This document shows, in pieces, positions 1 to 9,370 of a stretch of DNA of 63,102 bases; the stretch's first letter is position 1, and the number at the start of each line of letters is the position of its first letter. A program made the translations under genes and the position numbers. This DNA is from Flavobacteriales bacterium (GTDB lineage: Bacteria; Bacteroidota; Bacteroidia; Flavobacteriales_G; JALEGO01), in contig JAHDHZ010000001.1 of NCBI GenBank assembly GCA_020631045.1, positions 73,852 through 136,953 of the forward strand, in the 5' to 3' direction. Below the pieces are notes generated by a model. That model searched no databases and was not told the DNA's origin. It saw only the letters and a program-made list of their open reading frames with translations.

Positions 1-515
1 TGATTGACAAGCAACATTTCTTCACTGTTTGAACCTAAATGAATGTGCCCTTGATCAGTATTGGTTGACAAATCAACAACAGTTAGACCATGACCAAAAA
101 GATCTGATACATAAGCCTTTTGATCAGAAATAGGCAAAATGTATCTGGGCGAACCTAAATTGTCAATTGTAGCATTTAAACTGTGATCACAACGATCAAC
201 TCTTAAAATTTTTGAAGAGTTGTTCACCACTAAAAACAATTCATCGTTTACAGCAGTCATGCTTTGTAAAATGTCTCCGATAGGTAAATCGTTTCTGAGT
301 GAAAATGTACCATCAACCAGAGTATCGTTTTTTGAATCATAATAAGTCAATGAGGCATTCACAGCATTGAAGCCTCCTTCGTTGCCAATTAAAACAGATT
401 GATTGTCGGTATTGCAATAATAATTGTTCTGAAATTCGGGCGCATCATCTTTTGTACAGCCTGTAAAAAAAGTAGAAAAGATCAAAAGGGTGAACCATAT
501 GTTGGTTGTTTTCAT
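1..515 (-). CDS. Surface lipoprotein, YncE/DUF5074-like beta-propeller candidate (3' end off window)
   Basis: Minus-strand ORF runs off the left edge and is absent from the ORF track. ATG is at 515..513. Own translation is MKTTNIWFTLLIFSTFFTGCTKDD..., with a lipobox FFTG|C. The motif LIGNEGGFNAVNASLTYYD is typical of lipoproteins encoded downstream of btuB-like receptors in Bacteroidota. The start lies 3 nt after the receptor stop. Confidence 0.6.
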   Translation of the reverse strand, partial: MKTTNIWFTLLIFSTFFTGCTKDDAPEFQNNYYCNTDNQSVLIGNEGGFNAVNASLTYYDSKNDTLVDGTFSLRNDLPIGDILQSMTAVNDELFLVVNNSSKILRVDRCDHSLNATIDNLGSPRYILPISDQKAYVSDLFGHGLTVVDLSTNTDQGHIHLGSNSEEMLLVN

Positions 516-518
516 AGT

Positions 519-2309
519 TTAAAATTTAAGGGTTAATGAACAGTTAAAATTTCTCAATGGCATCGGATAATACCTTCGAGAAGCGTATGAAATGTTGGTC
601 AAATTATCAACAAATACGCTAGCAATAAGCTTTTTATCACGCCAATCAAAGCTTTGATCAATGTGTGCGCCTAACAAGTGATAGGCATCAACTTTTTCTG
701 AAAAATCAAGTAAGGTATAGACTTGATCGTTGTATCTGTAAAACAATGTAAATGCCGTATTGCCTAGAGCAAGCCTGAGAGTTGAAAGTATTACTGTTTT
801 GGGCATAAAAGCAATATCTGGAGCTGTATAATTGAGCCCAATGGTTTGTTTGATCATCAAACGGTTGGTTTTTAAAAATACCTTGTCAAAATGAGCCTCA
901 ACGCCATAAGCCTCTAAGCGATCTAGATTGATAGGACTAAAAATAATGCCTGAGGGTTGCCAAGCAATGTAATCTTGAATCAACCTATAAAAAGGAGTGA
1001 TTGAAAGACTGAAAAGAGGTTTTTGCATGCGTATAAAGAGCTTAGATTCAAGACCGCTTTCAGGATTTAAATTGATGTTTCCGCCCGGGTTCCAATACAA
1101 ATCGTTAATTGATGGGAAGCGGAATGTTTTATTTGCCAGAAGGGCAAATGAAATCGTTTCGCTTGGCTTGTAGTCTAATGTGATTCCGTAGGTGGCATCT
1201 GCAAAGCGGTTGTATTGTCGTTCAATGCCCAAGTTTGCTTGTAGGTTAAACTTGTTTTTTGAATAAGCGGTACTAAGCAAACCGTATATTCTGTGGTTGG
1301 TAATCAAAGCCTCATAATTGTTTGATTGGGCTTGAATGTACGTATAGTTTAGATCAAGGTGATGCGTGAAGTGCTTGGTTTGTTTTTGAAGCAAATTTTT
1401 GAATCCAAACTGCATAGATTTTGAAGGCGCATCAATGCTTGAATTGGTATCGATAAAGTGAATGTGATCAATCAGCGAGAACACTTGAAAGATGTTTTCA
1501 AATTTGTTGTGTTTAGATTGAAGGCTAATATTTGCTCTTAGAGCCTCATCTTTTTGACGAGCCGCTAAATTGACTTGAGCAATTGATTTGGGTAAACTTC
1601 TCTCAGATTTGGTGTACCACAACTCTGCTTGGATGCTGTGAGTGCTACTCAAGGAGTAGGCCAGCCTTTGATTTGCTGAAAAGCGGTGAAAGTAGGTGTG
1701 GGTGCGTGTTTTGGTTTGATCACTCAAATCTTTATAACGGTAGGCATTTTGATCATAATCAAGACCAATTTTAGTGCTTGAAACTAGGTTTGAATATACT
1801 CGATTCAATGTAAGGTTGATGCCTGTATTGTTCATATCAGAAAAGCGTGCAGAGACTACCGATGTATTTTTCGTTGCTTTTTTTTGTTTTAAATCAAGTG
1901 CGTTCCCAAAAGAAGAATTCATCAACATCGGACTAGATTGATTGTAAATGGCATAATTGTCAAACAATGAGAAATCCACCAAAGACAAATCAACAGAGGC
2001 ATGCATAGGATTTTGAAGTGCTATGCCGTTCCAAAATACTTGGCTTTGAATGGCTGAGATGCCCGATCCGATCAGAGAAAAAGATCCACCCAAACTTTGC
2101 AACCTAAAATAATTCAAAGACCCATAAAGCTGATGTTGTGCATCACTTAGTTTTTCAGTGGCACCATGCGCACTTGAATCTATCAAAGTAGTTAATAAAA
2201 TACGCTGAGCAAAAATTTGAGCAGTGTCTAACTGATGTGTTTTCTGAGCTGGGCAGTGCAATGAGGCAAACAGCCCCACAAAAAAATATGTGTATTTTTT
2301 GTTTAGCAT
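519..2309 (-). CDS. btuB: TonB-dependent outer-membrane receptor, BtuB-like (cobalamin riboswitch-controlled)
   Basis: 596-aa ORF with a signal peptide (..LHCPAQ), a plug-like N-terminal region, beta-barrel-type alternating sequence and a C-terminal aromatic residue (..LTLKF). A cobalamin riboswitch lies in its 5' leader. Confidence 0.7.
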   Translation of the reverse strand: MLNKKYTYFFVGLFASLHCPAQKTHQLDTAQIFAQRILLTTLIDSSAHGATEKLSDAQHQLYGSLNYFRLQSLGGSFSLIGSGISAIQSQVFWNGIALQNPMHASVDLSLVDFSLFDNYAIYNQSSPMLMNSSFGNALDLKQKKATKNTSVVSARFSDMNNTGINLTLNRVYSNLVSSTKIGLDYDQNAYRYKDLSDQTKTRTHTYFHRFSANQRLAYSLSSTHSIQAELWYTKSERSLPKSIAQVNLAARQKDEALRANISLQSKHNKFENIFQVFSLIDHIHFIDTNSSIDAPSKSMQFGFKNLLQKQTKHFTHHLDLNYTYIQAQSNNYEALITNHRIYGLLSTAYSKNKFNLQANLGIERQYNRFADATYGITLDYKPSETISFALLANKTFRFPSINDLYWNPGGNINLNPESGLESKLFIRMQKPLFSLSITPFYRLIQDYIAWQPSGIIFSPINLDRLEAYGVEAHFDKVFLKTNRLMIKQTIGLNYTAPDIAFMPKTVILSTLRLALGNTAFTLFYRYNDQVYTLLDFSEKVDAYHLLGAHIDQSFDWRDKKLIASVFVDNLTNISYASRRYYPMPLRNFNCSLTLKF

Positions 2310-2337
2310 ATGATTGACATATCCCGTATCAATTTCT

Positions 2338-2495
2338 ATTTTTTTAAGGCTGGTATCCTGGCTTGTGATGCAAAGCCCCTTCCCTTTTCAGTGGTTGACT
2401 TTTACTCCTAGTTTCTACTTAGAGCTCACTTACAGTAGCGGGAACTGCTCATGATTTTAACATGATTCCCATTTAATTTGAATGCATAACCATTC
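2338..2495 (-). promoter_or_regulatory. Cobalamin (B12) riboswitch
   Basis: The minus-strand RNA reads ..AAUGGGAAUCAUGUUAAAAUCAUGAGCAGUUCCCGCUACUGUAA..(variable)..CAACCACUGAAAAGGGAAGGGG..CACAAGCCAGGAUACCAGCC. This matches the conserved GGGAA, CCCGCxACUGUAA, CCACUG and GGGAAGG elements and the B12 box (AGxCAGGAUACCxGCC). It sits about 30 nt upstream of the receptor ATG. Boundaries are approximate. Confidence 0.85.
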
Positions 2496-2511
2496 AAAAC
2501 CTGAGGCGAAG

Positions 2512-3231
2512 TTATAGAATATTGAATTTATATCCTACCCCTCTCACTGAGATTAAATGTTCAGGGGCGCTTGAGTTGGTCTCAATTTTTTTGCGAATTG
2601 AGAGTATAAAATTGTCGATTGTTCTATTGGTAATTTCAGTAGAAGATGACCATACTTGATCTAAAATTGATTGTCTTGAAACTACTTGACCAGGATGTTT
2701 TAAAAGCACCTGCAAAATCTCTTTCTCTTTTTTAGAAAGCTCTATATGCTGATCATTTTTAACGATTACAAATTTATCAAGATCGATTAAGACTTTGTTT
2801 TTAAGATAAATCTTTGATGGCTGGGCATTTTCTTTATTGTCAGACTGTAACTGTTTATAAACCTTTAATCGATGTTTTATTTTAACCAGCAGTTCTTGAA
2901 GATCAAAAGGTTTTTTTAGATAATCATCAGCTCCAGCTTTAAGCCCCTGAATAATATGCTGTTGTTCAATTCTAGCTGAGGTAAAAATAATGGGAATACT
3001 CGGTAAATGTGCGCGCACTTTTTTGCAAAAATCAATGCCGTTTTCTAAAGGCAACATCACATCTAAAATCAATAAATCAAACTGTTTTTGTACAACTTTC
3101 TCAAGCAAGCCTTGAGTTGAAGCAAAACCCGAAACCTTATAACCTTGGGTTTCTAGAGCAATTTTGAGGCTTTGCCTGATGGCCTGATCATCTTCTAAAA
3201 TTAAAATATTGCTTTCTTTTAGGCTTTGCAT
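2512..3231 (-). CDS. OmpR/PhoB-family response regulator (receiver + winged-helix)
   Basis: 239 aa. The receiver has ILILEDD..LLILDVMLP..KP motifs, and the C-terminal winged helix ends in VRGVGYKF. No histidine kinase is adjacent. Confidence 0.85.
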   Translation of the reverse strand: MQSLKESNILILEDDQAIRQSLKIALETQGYKVSGFASTQGLLEKVVQKQFDLLILDVMLPLENGIDFCKKVRAHLPSIPIIFTSARIEQQHIIQGLKAGADDYLKKPFDLQELLVKIKHRLKVYKQLQSDNKENAQPSKIYLKNKVLIDLDKFVIVKNDQHIELSKKEKEILQVLLKHPGQVVSRQSILDQVWSSSTEITNRTIDNFILSIRKKIETNSSAPEHLISVRGVGYKFNIL

Positions 3232-4518
3232 ACCTTTACAAAGGTAAAAATTGTTGGTGTGAATGCAGAGATTATAAATATTGGTAATGAATTACTTAAT
3301 GGTTTAATTGTCAACACTAATGCCAGTTGGATGTCAAAATCATTGTTTGAATTGCATTGTCAAACAGTTAAAACGACGGTAATCTCAGATCAAGAAAACC
3401 AAATTGTTGAAGCCCTTCAAAACTGTTTAGACTCTCAGAGCACTCTTTTTATTTTTACGGGTGGATTAGGCCCTACTTCTGATGACATTACAAAAAAAGT
3501 AATCGCTAAATTCTTTGATCGAAAGCTGATCACACATAAAAAAACGCTTGAAACGATTACCAACTTTTTTGAGCGCAAAAACAAGACAATGCTCAAGGTT
3601 CATGAAGATCAAGCCCTTGTTCCGGATGGATCGATCATCCACACAAATGACTACGGCACCGCTCCAGGCATTCAAATCAATATACAAGAGAAAACCTTTT
3701 TTTTCTTTCCAGGAGTACCTCATGAAATGAAAGCTTTGTTTAATAAAAGTGTTCTTCAGTTTATAATGACTCAAAGTCAAGATCAAAAACTCATCATTAA
3801 AAATGTGATTACTAGAAATATCGGCGAGTCTCATTTGGCTCAAAAAATTGAAGCTTGGCAAGAAAAAATTGAAGCTGATGGCTTTGAGCTGGCTTATCTG
3901 CCTTCTTTTAGATCAGTTATTCTAAGAATTTTCAAAAAAAGTTCTGCATCAAATTACAGCAAAGACACAAAACAACTTGATGCACACATTAAGACACTCA
4001 ATGAATACATTGCTGATTTTTTGCCGAGCATACAAGAAACAAAAAACGCTAAATATTTGGCTCAATTACTGCTCAATAAGCAGGCAACCATAAGTTTTGC
4101 CGAGAGTTGCACAGGTGGATTACTCTCTTATCAATTCACTCAACACCCAGGAAGCTCTACATATTTTATGGGAGCCCATGTTTCATATGCCAACACTTCA
4201 AAAATTAAACATCTTGATGTTGAGCCTCAAATGATAGAAACACAAGGAGCTGTGAGTGCTCAAGTGGTTAAACAAATGAGTCAGGGCTCCATTACAAGTT
4301 TCAACTCTGATTATGCTATAGCCATATCAGGAATTGCAGGCCCTGGTGGAGCTACACAAACCAAACCTGTAGGACTTGTCTACATTTCTATTGCCAACAA
4401 ACATGACTCTTTTGAAAAAAAAATTCACCTTCAAAAACAAAGAATTCAAAATATGCAACTGGCATGTGAGTATGCCATTGCTTTATTGATAGAAAAAATA
4501 GAAAAAGAAGGTTTTTAA
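3226..4518 (+). CDS. cinA: CinA-family protein (MoCF-type domain + NMN deamidase PncC-like domain)
   Basis: 430 aa. It has AEIINIGNELLNG at the N-terminus, the GGLGPTSDD motif, and a C-terminal FAESCTGGLL..ISGIAGPGG CinA/PncC signature. The true start may be GTG 3259, which would remove the 6-nt head-on overlap with the response regulator. Confidence 0.85.
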   Translation: MHTFTKVKIVGVNAEIINIGNELLNGLIVNTNASWMSKSLFELHCQTVKTTVISDQENQIVEALQNCLDSQSTLFIFTGGLGPTSDDITKKVIAKFFDRKLITHKKTLETITNFFERKNKTMLKVHEDQALVPDGSIIHTNDYGTAPGIQINIQEKTFFFFPGVPHEMKALFNKSVLQFIMTQSQDQKLIIKNVITRNIGESHLAQKIEAWQEKIEADGFELAYLPSFRSVILRIFKKSSASNYSKDTKQLDAHIKTLNEYIADFLPSIQETKNAKYLAQLLLNKQATISFAESCTGGLLSYQFTQHPGSSTYFMGAHVSYANTSKIKHLDVEPQMIETQGAVSAQVVKQMSQGSITSFNSDYAIAISGIAGPGGATQTKPVGLVYISIANKHDSFEKKIHLQKQRIQNMQLACEYAIALLIEKIEKEGF

Positions 4519-4542
4519 GCTTCTTTAATTTCTAAATTTTAT

Positions 4543-4550
4543 TAAATTTG
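4543..4550 (+). promoter_or_regulatory. Bacteroidota-type -7 promoter box (TAAATTTG = TAnnTTTG) for rpmB
   Basis: Exact TAnnTTTG match 23 nt upstream of the rpmB ATG. Confidence 0.4.
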
Positions 4551-4572
4551 TCCTCCTAAAGATAAGAACGCT

Positions 4573-4812
4573 ATGTCTAGAATGTGTCAAATTACCGGAA
4601 AGAAACCAATGAGTGGTCACAATGTATCTCATTCAAATAGAAAGACGAAAAGAAAATTCATTCCAAATCTTCAGACTAAAAAGTTTTACTCTGAAAAGCA
4701 AGGTGAGTGGATTACCTTAAAGGTTTCTGCTGCAGGCATTAGAAACATTTCAAAAAACGGGCTTGATGCTTGTCTTGTAAAAGCAAAAGAGAAGGGCTAT
4801 TACGCTGGTTAA
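4573..4812 (+). CDS. rpmB: 50S ribosomal protein L28
   Basis: 79 aa. [34 protein letters not shown] is the canonical L28 N-terminus. Confidence 0.95.
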   Translation: MSRMCQITGKKPMSGHNVSHSNRKTKRKFIPNLQTKKFYSEKQGEWITLKVSAAGIRNISKNGLDACLVKAKEKGYYAG

Positions 4813-4813
4813 T

Positions 4814-6250
4814 TTGCTTAAAAGAAAATATAGTTATGCGTTGTTACTTTTATGTATCAACGCATTTTTTTTGAGCAATATTTCAATTGCCCAAACCAGA
4901 AATCCTTTTTTTTACGATGAAGATCTACTCTCGAGAGCTTTTTTTTCTAAGAACAGAGCCGAACTGATTTCTAAATTGCCAAAAGGCAGTGCGATCATTT
5001 TATTTTCTGCCCCTAAAAAAAACAAGTCAAACGACATTGACTTTCAGTACCATCAAAATCCTGACTTTTATTATTTCACAGGCCTGAACGAACCCAATTC
5101 AGCAGTCTTCATAAGTGCTAAAGAAGTCGAAATTTTAGGTAAAAAAGGTAACGTATTTTTATTTGTTCAACCCAAAAACAAGCAAGACGAACGCTGGAAT
5201 GGACTCCGCTTGGGGATTGAAGCTGCTAAAAAAACGCTTGGAGTTAATCATGTTTTTGAAAACAACGCCTTTGCTGAAGTTGATTTTAGTGCTTTGCAAG
5301 GCATTGAAAAAATACTGTGTCTCAATTTAGATGATTTTATTTCTAAAGACGACAAACAACTCAGGGGTGATCTTGCAAGCATGCTCAAACACTTAAACCA
5401 AAAACTATTCAAAACAGACAACATAACACTCAATCAAGACACCTTAAAAGAAATTACAGCCTCAATTAGAGAAATCAAAAAACCTGAAGAAATTGAATTG
5501 CTCAAAAAAGCCATCACAATTACTTGCAATGCTCTGTCAGAATCAATGAAATACGTGACTCCTGGGCAAACTGAATATCAAAATGAGGCTGTCATTGAAT
5601 ATTTTTTTCACAAAAATGGTGCTGAAAAAGTAGGCTTTGAATCGATCATCGGAGCTGGAGAAAACACTTGTGTATTACACTACACAAGCAACAGAAGACT
5701 TTTGGGATTTGACGATCTAATGGTTTGTGATGTCGGAGCAGAATACCATCACTATGCTGCTGATGTGACCAGAACTTTTCCTGTGAGTGGTAAATTTTCT
5801 AAAGAACAGCTTGCCATCTACAATTTAGTATTGAAAGCCCAAAAACAAGCTATTGAGCAAGCTGTAGTGGGTAATAAATTTTGGGATCCACACCAAAAAG
5901 CAAAGCAAATTATCATTCAAGGGCTTAAAGACCTACAGATTATCAAAGAAACAAAGGAGTATAGAAATTATTTTATACATGGCACCTCCCATTATTTGGG
6001 ACTTGACGTGCACGACGCAGGTACTTACACCAATTTAAAATCGGGCAATGTGATTACTGTTGAACCAGGTATTTATATTCCTGAAGGGTCAAATTGTGAT
6101 GCAAAATGGTGGAATATAGGTGTACGCATAGAAGACGATGTTCTAATCACAGAAAACGGTCCAGATGTGCTCTCTGATTGTGTGGTTAAAGAAGTGGCAC
6201 AAATTGAAAAATTAATGCGTCAAAAAAGTATTTTTAATAAGATCAAATGA
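4814..6250 (+). CDS. Xaa-Pro aminopeptidase (M24B), secreted/periplasmic
   Basis: 478 aa with a signal peptide, an aminopeptidase P N-terminal region and an M24 catalytic region (CDVGAEYHHYAADVTRTFP, HGTSHYLGLDVHD, EPGIY, RIEDDV). TTG start one base after the rpmB stop. Confidence 0.85.
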   Translation: MLKRKYSYALLLLCINAFFLSNISIAQTRNPFFYDEDLLSRAFFSKNRAELISKLPKGSAIILFSAPKKNKSNDIDFQYHQNPDFYYFTGLNEPNSAVFISAKEVEILGKKGNVFLFVQPKNKQDERWNGLRLGIEAAKKTLGVNHVFENNAFAEVDFSALQGIEKILCLNLDDFISKDDKQLRGDLASMLKHLNQKLFKTDNITLNQDTLKEITASIREIKKPEEIELLKKAITITCNALSESMKYVTPGQTEYQNEAVIEYFFHKNGAEKVGFESIIGAGENTCVLHYTSNRRLLGFDDLMVCDVGAEYHHYAADVTRTFPVSGKFSKEQLAIYNLVLKAQKQAIEQAVVGNKFWDPHQKAKQIIIQGLKDLQIIKETKEYRNYFIHGTSHYLGLDVHDAGTYTNLKSGNVITVEPGIYIPEGSNCDAKWWNIGVRIEDDVLITENGPDVLSDCVVKEVAQIEKLMRQKSIFNKIK

Positions 6251-8502
6251 AAGATACGCTGCTTTGTTTTTTGTTTTTTATTTGGGTTTCTTTTTCTGTA
6301 AAAGCACAATTCTCTATTCAAGGTACCATTAGAGCTAATAAAAGTAAAGCGCGTTTTGTGAATGTTCAGATTAACAGCTCTTCTTTGGGAGTAACCTCAG
6401 ATGAAAATGGATTTTTCAAAGTTGATGGTCTTAAAAAAGGATCTTACAAACTTTCATTTTCATCTGTTGAGTATATTCCATTTGACACAATTATTTTGGT
6501 AGAATCAAATGTGTCTTTAAATATAGATTTAAAAGCAAAATACAATGAGCTTCAAGGCATTACCATATCAGCCAATTTAAAGCCCACTTATGTCTCTAAG
6601 TCTCCCGTAAAGGTTGAGATTATGACACAAAAACAATTGAACTTATTTTTACCATCAGCAAATAGCTCATTAACAGAAAGTGTTGCTTTAATGCCAGGAG
6701 TTCAAGAAGTTGTTGCTTGTGGAGTTTGCTTTACCAATAATATTAGCATCAATGGTTTAGATGGGCCTTATACCGCTGTTTTGATTGATGGCATGCCCAT
6801 GTTTGGCAATTTAGCTTCAGTTTATGGCTTAAATGGAATTCCTAATGCTTTTATCGAACAAATAGAAGTGATTAAAGGCCCAAGTTCAACACTATATGGA
6901 TCAGAAGCTGTAGGGGGAGTAATTAATGTCATCACAAAAAAAAGCAATGCTGAAAACCAAGCTTCTATTGATTTGATGCTCAACTCTAACGAGGAACTTT
7001 TTGCAAATTTAGCTTTTGAAAAACAAGCGAAACACTTCAACTATATGCTGGGATTGAATTCTGCTCGTATGCACAACTTCAAAGATTTCAACAATGACTT
7101 TTTCAATGATATGATCAATTTAGACCGCTATAGTTTGTTTCAAAAATTTGATTTTAAACGAAAAAGTGGCCAGCCTTTTACACTAAGCAGTAAGCTTTAC
7201 TATGAAGATAGAAGAAACGGTGTTCAAGATTTTTTAAGTGACTATAAAAACTTAAGAGGAAATGATAGTATTTATGGCGAGAGTATTTACACAAAACGAC
7301 TTGAACTTTTTGGATCTTATCACTTTAACAGCAAAGAAGAAATTAGACTAGACTACTCTGTTTCATTACACGATCAAAACAGTTATTATGGAGATGTTTC
7401 ATACATCGCCAAACAAAACACAGCATTCTTCAACCTCATACATCACAAACAAATCACCAGACACGAGTTAACCTCAGGCCTCACCTTTCGAACCCAATAC
7501 TACAATGACAATACCATCGCTACTCCACAAGCTGAGTTAAATTACATTCCTGGTGTGTTTTGTCAAGATGAAATTCCAATGCATAAAAAGCTAAAGACAT
7601 TGATTGGCCTGCGTGCTGACTACTATTCTGAACACAAAGCTATTTTCTCTCCGCGCTTAAGTGTAAAATACGATCTTAACTCACTCAATACCTTGAGACT
7701 TAATGTGGGTACAGGTTTTCGAATTGTCAACCTATTTACTGAAGACCATGCCTTTGTTACTGGCCAACGCACCGTTGAAATTAAAGAAGATATTTTACCA
7801 GAACAATCGATCAACACCACCTTAAACTATCACAAACTCTTGTTTTTCAACAACACGCAACTCACTTTAGATCTAGATGCTTTTTACACGTATTTCACCA
7901 ATAAAATCAACCCAGACTATAGTGAGGCTCAAAAAATCATCTACCAAAATAGTTCTGGACACTCAACCAGCAAAGGTGTTAGTCTGTCTATAAACCAGCA
8001 AAGTAAAGCATTAGGCATCAATGCCAATATTACTTTACAGCAAGTTACCGAAACTGAAATTGATGAGAACAACATAAAAATAACTCGTGCGCTAGAATTC
8101 GCCCCTAAATGGACTGCTATGCTTGCCGTTTCTTATCTTTTTGAAAAAATTGCCTTAAGAGTTTCTTACAATAATCAGTTTACAGGCCCAATGCAATTGC
8201 CAGAAGTTTTTGACATTGATCAAAATGGTCAGCCTCTAACTACCTCAAGACCTACTCTTTCTCAAAGCTTTAGTTTGCACAACATCAAACTTGAAAAAAC
8301 CATCAACAAAAAAATCTCAATCTATGGAGGCATTGTTAATCTTCTCAGCTATCGTCAAGCGCTCTCCCCACTAGTAGGCATAAATGATCCGAATGCTAGC
8401 AACGGCTTTAGTGCTTACTTTGATACAGCCTATGCTTTCTCTCCCATTGAAGGCAGAGAATATTATCTTGGGGTTATACTGAATCTATCTAAGAATAAAT
8501 AG
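6247..8502 (+). CDS. TonB-dependent receptor with N-terminal carboxypeptidase-regulatory-like domain
   Basis: 751 aa with a signal peptide and a CarboxypepD_reg-like segment (IQGTIRA..DENGFFKVDGLKKGSYKLSFSSVEY). It also has a plug (AVLIDGMPM, IEVIKGPSSTLYGSEAVGGVINVITK) and a long beta-barrel. ATGA overlap with the upstream aminopeptidase. Confidence 0.85.
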   Translation: MKDTLLCFLFFIWVSFSVKAQFSIQGTIRANKSKARFVNVQINSSSLGVTSDENGFFKVDGLKKGSYKLSFSSVEYIPFDTIILVESNVSLNIDLKAKYNELQGITISANLKPTYVSKSPVKVEIMTQKQLNLFLPSANSSLTESVALMPGVQEVVACGVCFTNNISINGLDGPYTAVLIDGMPMFGNLASVYGLNGIPNAFIEQIEVIKGPSSTLYGSEAVGGVINVITKKSNAENQASIDLMLNSNEELFANLAFEKQAKHFNYMLGLNSARMHNFKDFNNDFFNDMINLDRYSLFQKFDFKRKSGQPFTLSSKLYYEDRRNGVQDFLSDYKNLRGNDSIYGESIYTKRLELFGSYHFNSKEEIRLDYSVSLHDQNSYYGDVSYIAKQNTAFFNLIHHKQITRHELTSGLTFRTQYYNDNTIATPQAELNYIPGVFCQDEIPMHKKLKTLIGLRADYYSEHKAIFSPRLSVKYDLNSLNTLRLNVGTGFRIVNLFTEDHAFVTGQRTVEIKEDILPEQSINTTLNYHKLLFFNNTQLTLDLDAFYTYFTNKINPDYSEAQKIIYQNSSGHSTSKGVSLSINQQSKALGINANITLQQVTETEIDENNIKITRALEFAPKWTAMLAVSYLFEKIALRVSYNNQFTGPMQLPEVFDIDQNGQPLTTSRPTLSQSFSLHNIKLEKTINKKISIYGGIVNLLSYRQALSPLVGINDPNASNGFSAYFDTAYAFSPIEGREYYLGVILNLSKNK

Positions 8503-8504
8503 AT

Positions 8505-9233
8505 TTGCAGTTCATGCAAACACAGAGTAATCATTCTTTAGGTACATTTTTATTTAAATATAGAGGTCAAATTCCTGTCGTGCTTTTTATTTTGGCCATT
8601 TTCTTTATTTACAATACAAATTATGCTTTATTTACCGAAAGTCAAACCTTGGCCTTGAAGGCAGCTTCTATTTTGATTTCAACACTGGGATTTATCATTC
8701 GCTTTCACGTCATCGGATTTTCAAAACCAGGCACTTCTGGCAGAAACAGAACAAAACAAGTTGCAGATGCTTTAAATACAACTGGATTGTATTCTATAAC
8801 TAGAAATCCTTTGTATTTAGGTAATTTTATGATTTGGCTCGGGCTTGTATGTTACTGTTTAAATGCATATTTCATATTGACTTTTTTGATATTATTTTTT
8901 CTCTTATATATTCCGATCATAAAAGCTGAAGAGGCTTTTTTAACTCAAAAATTTAAAAGCCAATATCTAGATTGGAAAAACAACACTCCTGCATTCTTAC
9001 CCAACCTATTAAAATATAAAGCTTGTAAACATCCCTTTAAACTCAATGAAGTTTTAAGAAGGGAATATTCAGGATTTATGGCCTGTGTTGTCGCTTTTGT
9101 CTATGCAGAACTTTTGATGCTTTTTTTCTCAGAAAACCTAAAACATTTTCCTTTTCACTTATTATATGTGCTTGTGGTTGCAGCTGTAATCACCTTTTTA
9201 CTTAGAACATTGAAAAAAAGAGGAGTTTTATAA
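8505..9233 (+). CDS. Isoprenylcysteine carboxyl methyltransferase (ICMT)/PEMT-like membrane methyltransferase
   Basis: 242 aa, multi-TM. It has the TRNPLYLGNFMIWLG motif typical of the ICMT/PEMT/DUF1295 superfamily. ATG 8514 is an alternative start to TTG 8505. Confidence 0.65.
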   Translation: MQFMQTQSNHSLGTFLFKYRGQIPVVLFILAIFFIYNTNYALFTESQTLALKAASILISTLGFIIRFHVIGFSKPGTSGRNRTKQVADALNTTGLYSITRNPLYLGNFMIWLGLVCYCLNAYFILTFLILFFLLYIPIIKAEEAFLTQKFKSQYLDWKNNTPAFLPNLLKYKACKHPFKLNEVLRREYSGFMACVVAFVYAELLMLFFSENLKHFPFHLLYVLVVAAVITFLLRTLKKRGVL

Positions 9234-9258
9234 AAAACTTCTAACAACTCAAATAAAA

Positions 9259-9296
9259 AAGCCTTTCATTGATCAATTGAAAGGCTTTATTTTTTG
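9259..9296. terminator. Bidirectional rho-independent terminator hairpin
   Basis: Stem GCCTTTCA (9261-9268) pairs with TGAAAGGC (9278-9285). It is flanked by an A-run upstream and a T-run downstream, and lies between the convergent ICMT-like gene and the tRNA. Confidence 0.7.
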
Positions 9297-9370
9297 TAGC
9301 GAAGACGGGAGTTGAACCCGTGACCTCAGGGTTATGAATCCTGCGCTCTAACCAACTGAGCTACCTCGCC
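9297..9370 (-). tRNA. tRNA with CAT anticodon (elongator Met, or Ile2 if lysidine-modified)
   Basis: 74-nt cloverleaf folded by hand. Acceptor is GGCGAGG/CTTCGCT with discriminator A. D arm is GCTC-AGTTGGTTA-GAGC. Anticodon loop is TTCATAA. T arm is ACGGG-TTCAACT-CCCGT. No CCA is encoded, and position 1-72 is paired, so it is not an initiator. Confidence 0.9.

Noticed and set aside
2466-2495. Hairpin TTGAATG-GTTAT-CATTCAA just after the response-regulator stop
   Set aside because: It could be that gene's terminator or the outer stem of the riboswitch. It lacks a clear U-run, and I cannot decide between these without covariance-model alignment, so it is not annotated separately.
2512-3231. 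Orphan OmpR-type response regulator directly upstream of the B12 riboswitch as a second regulator of the operon
   Set aside because: Adjacency is the only evidence. The riboswitch is sufficient for regulation, a hairpin follows the regulator's stop, and no kinase or binding site can be identified from sequence.
3466-3861. 131-aa minus-strand ORF, plus a 60-aa plus-frame ORF at 3548-3730, inside cinA
   Set aside because: It is entirely antisense or out of frame to a well-supported CinA coding region. The composition is typical of shadow ORFs in AT-rich coding DNA, and it has no signal or motif.
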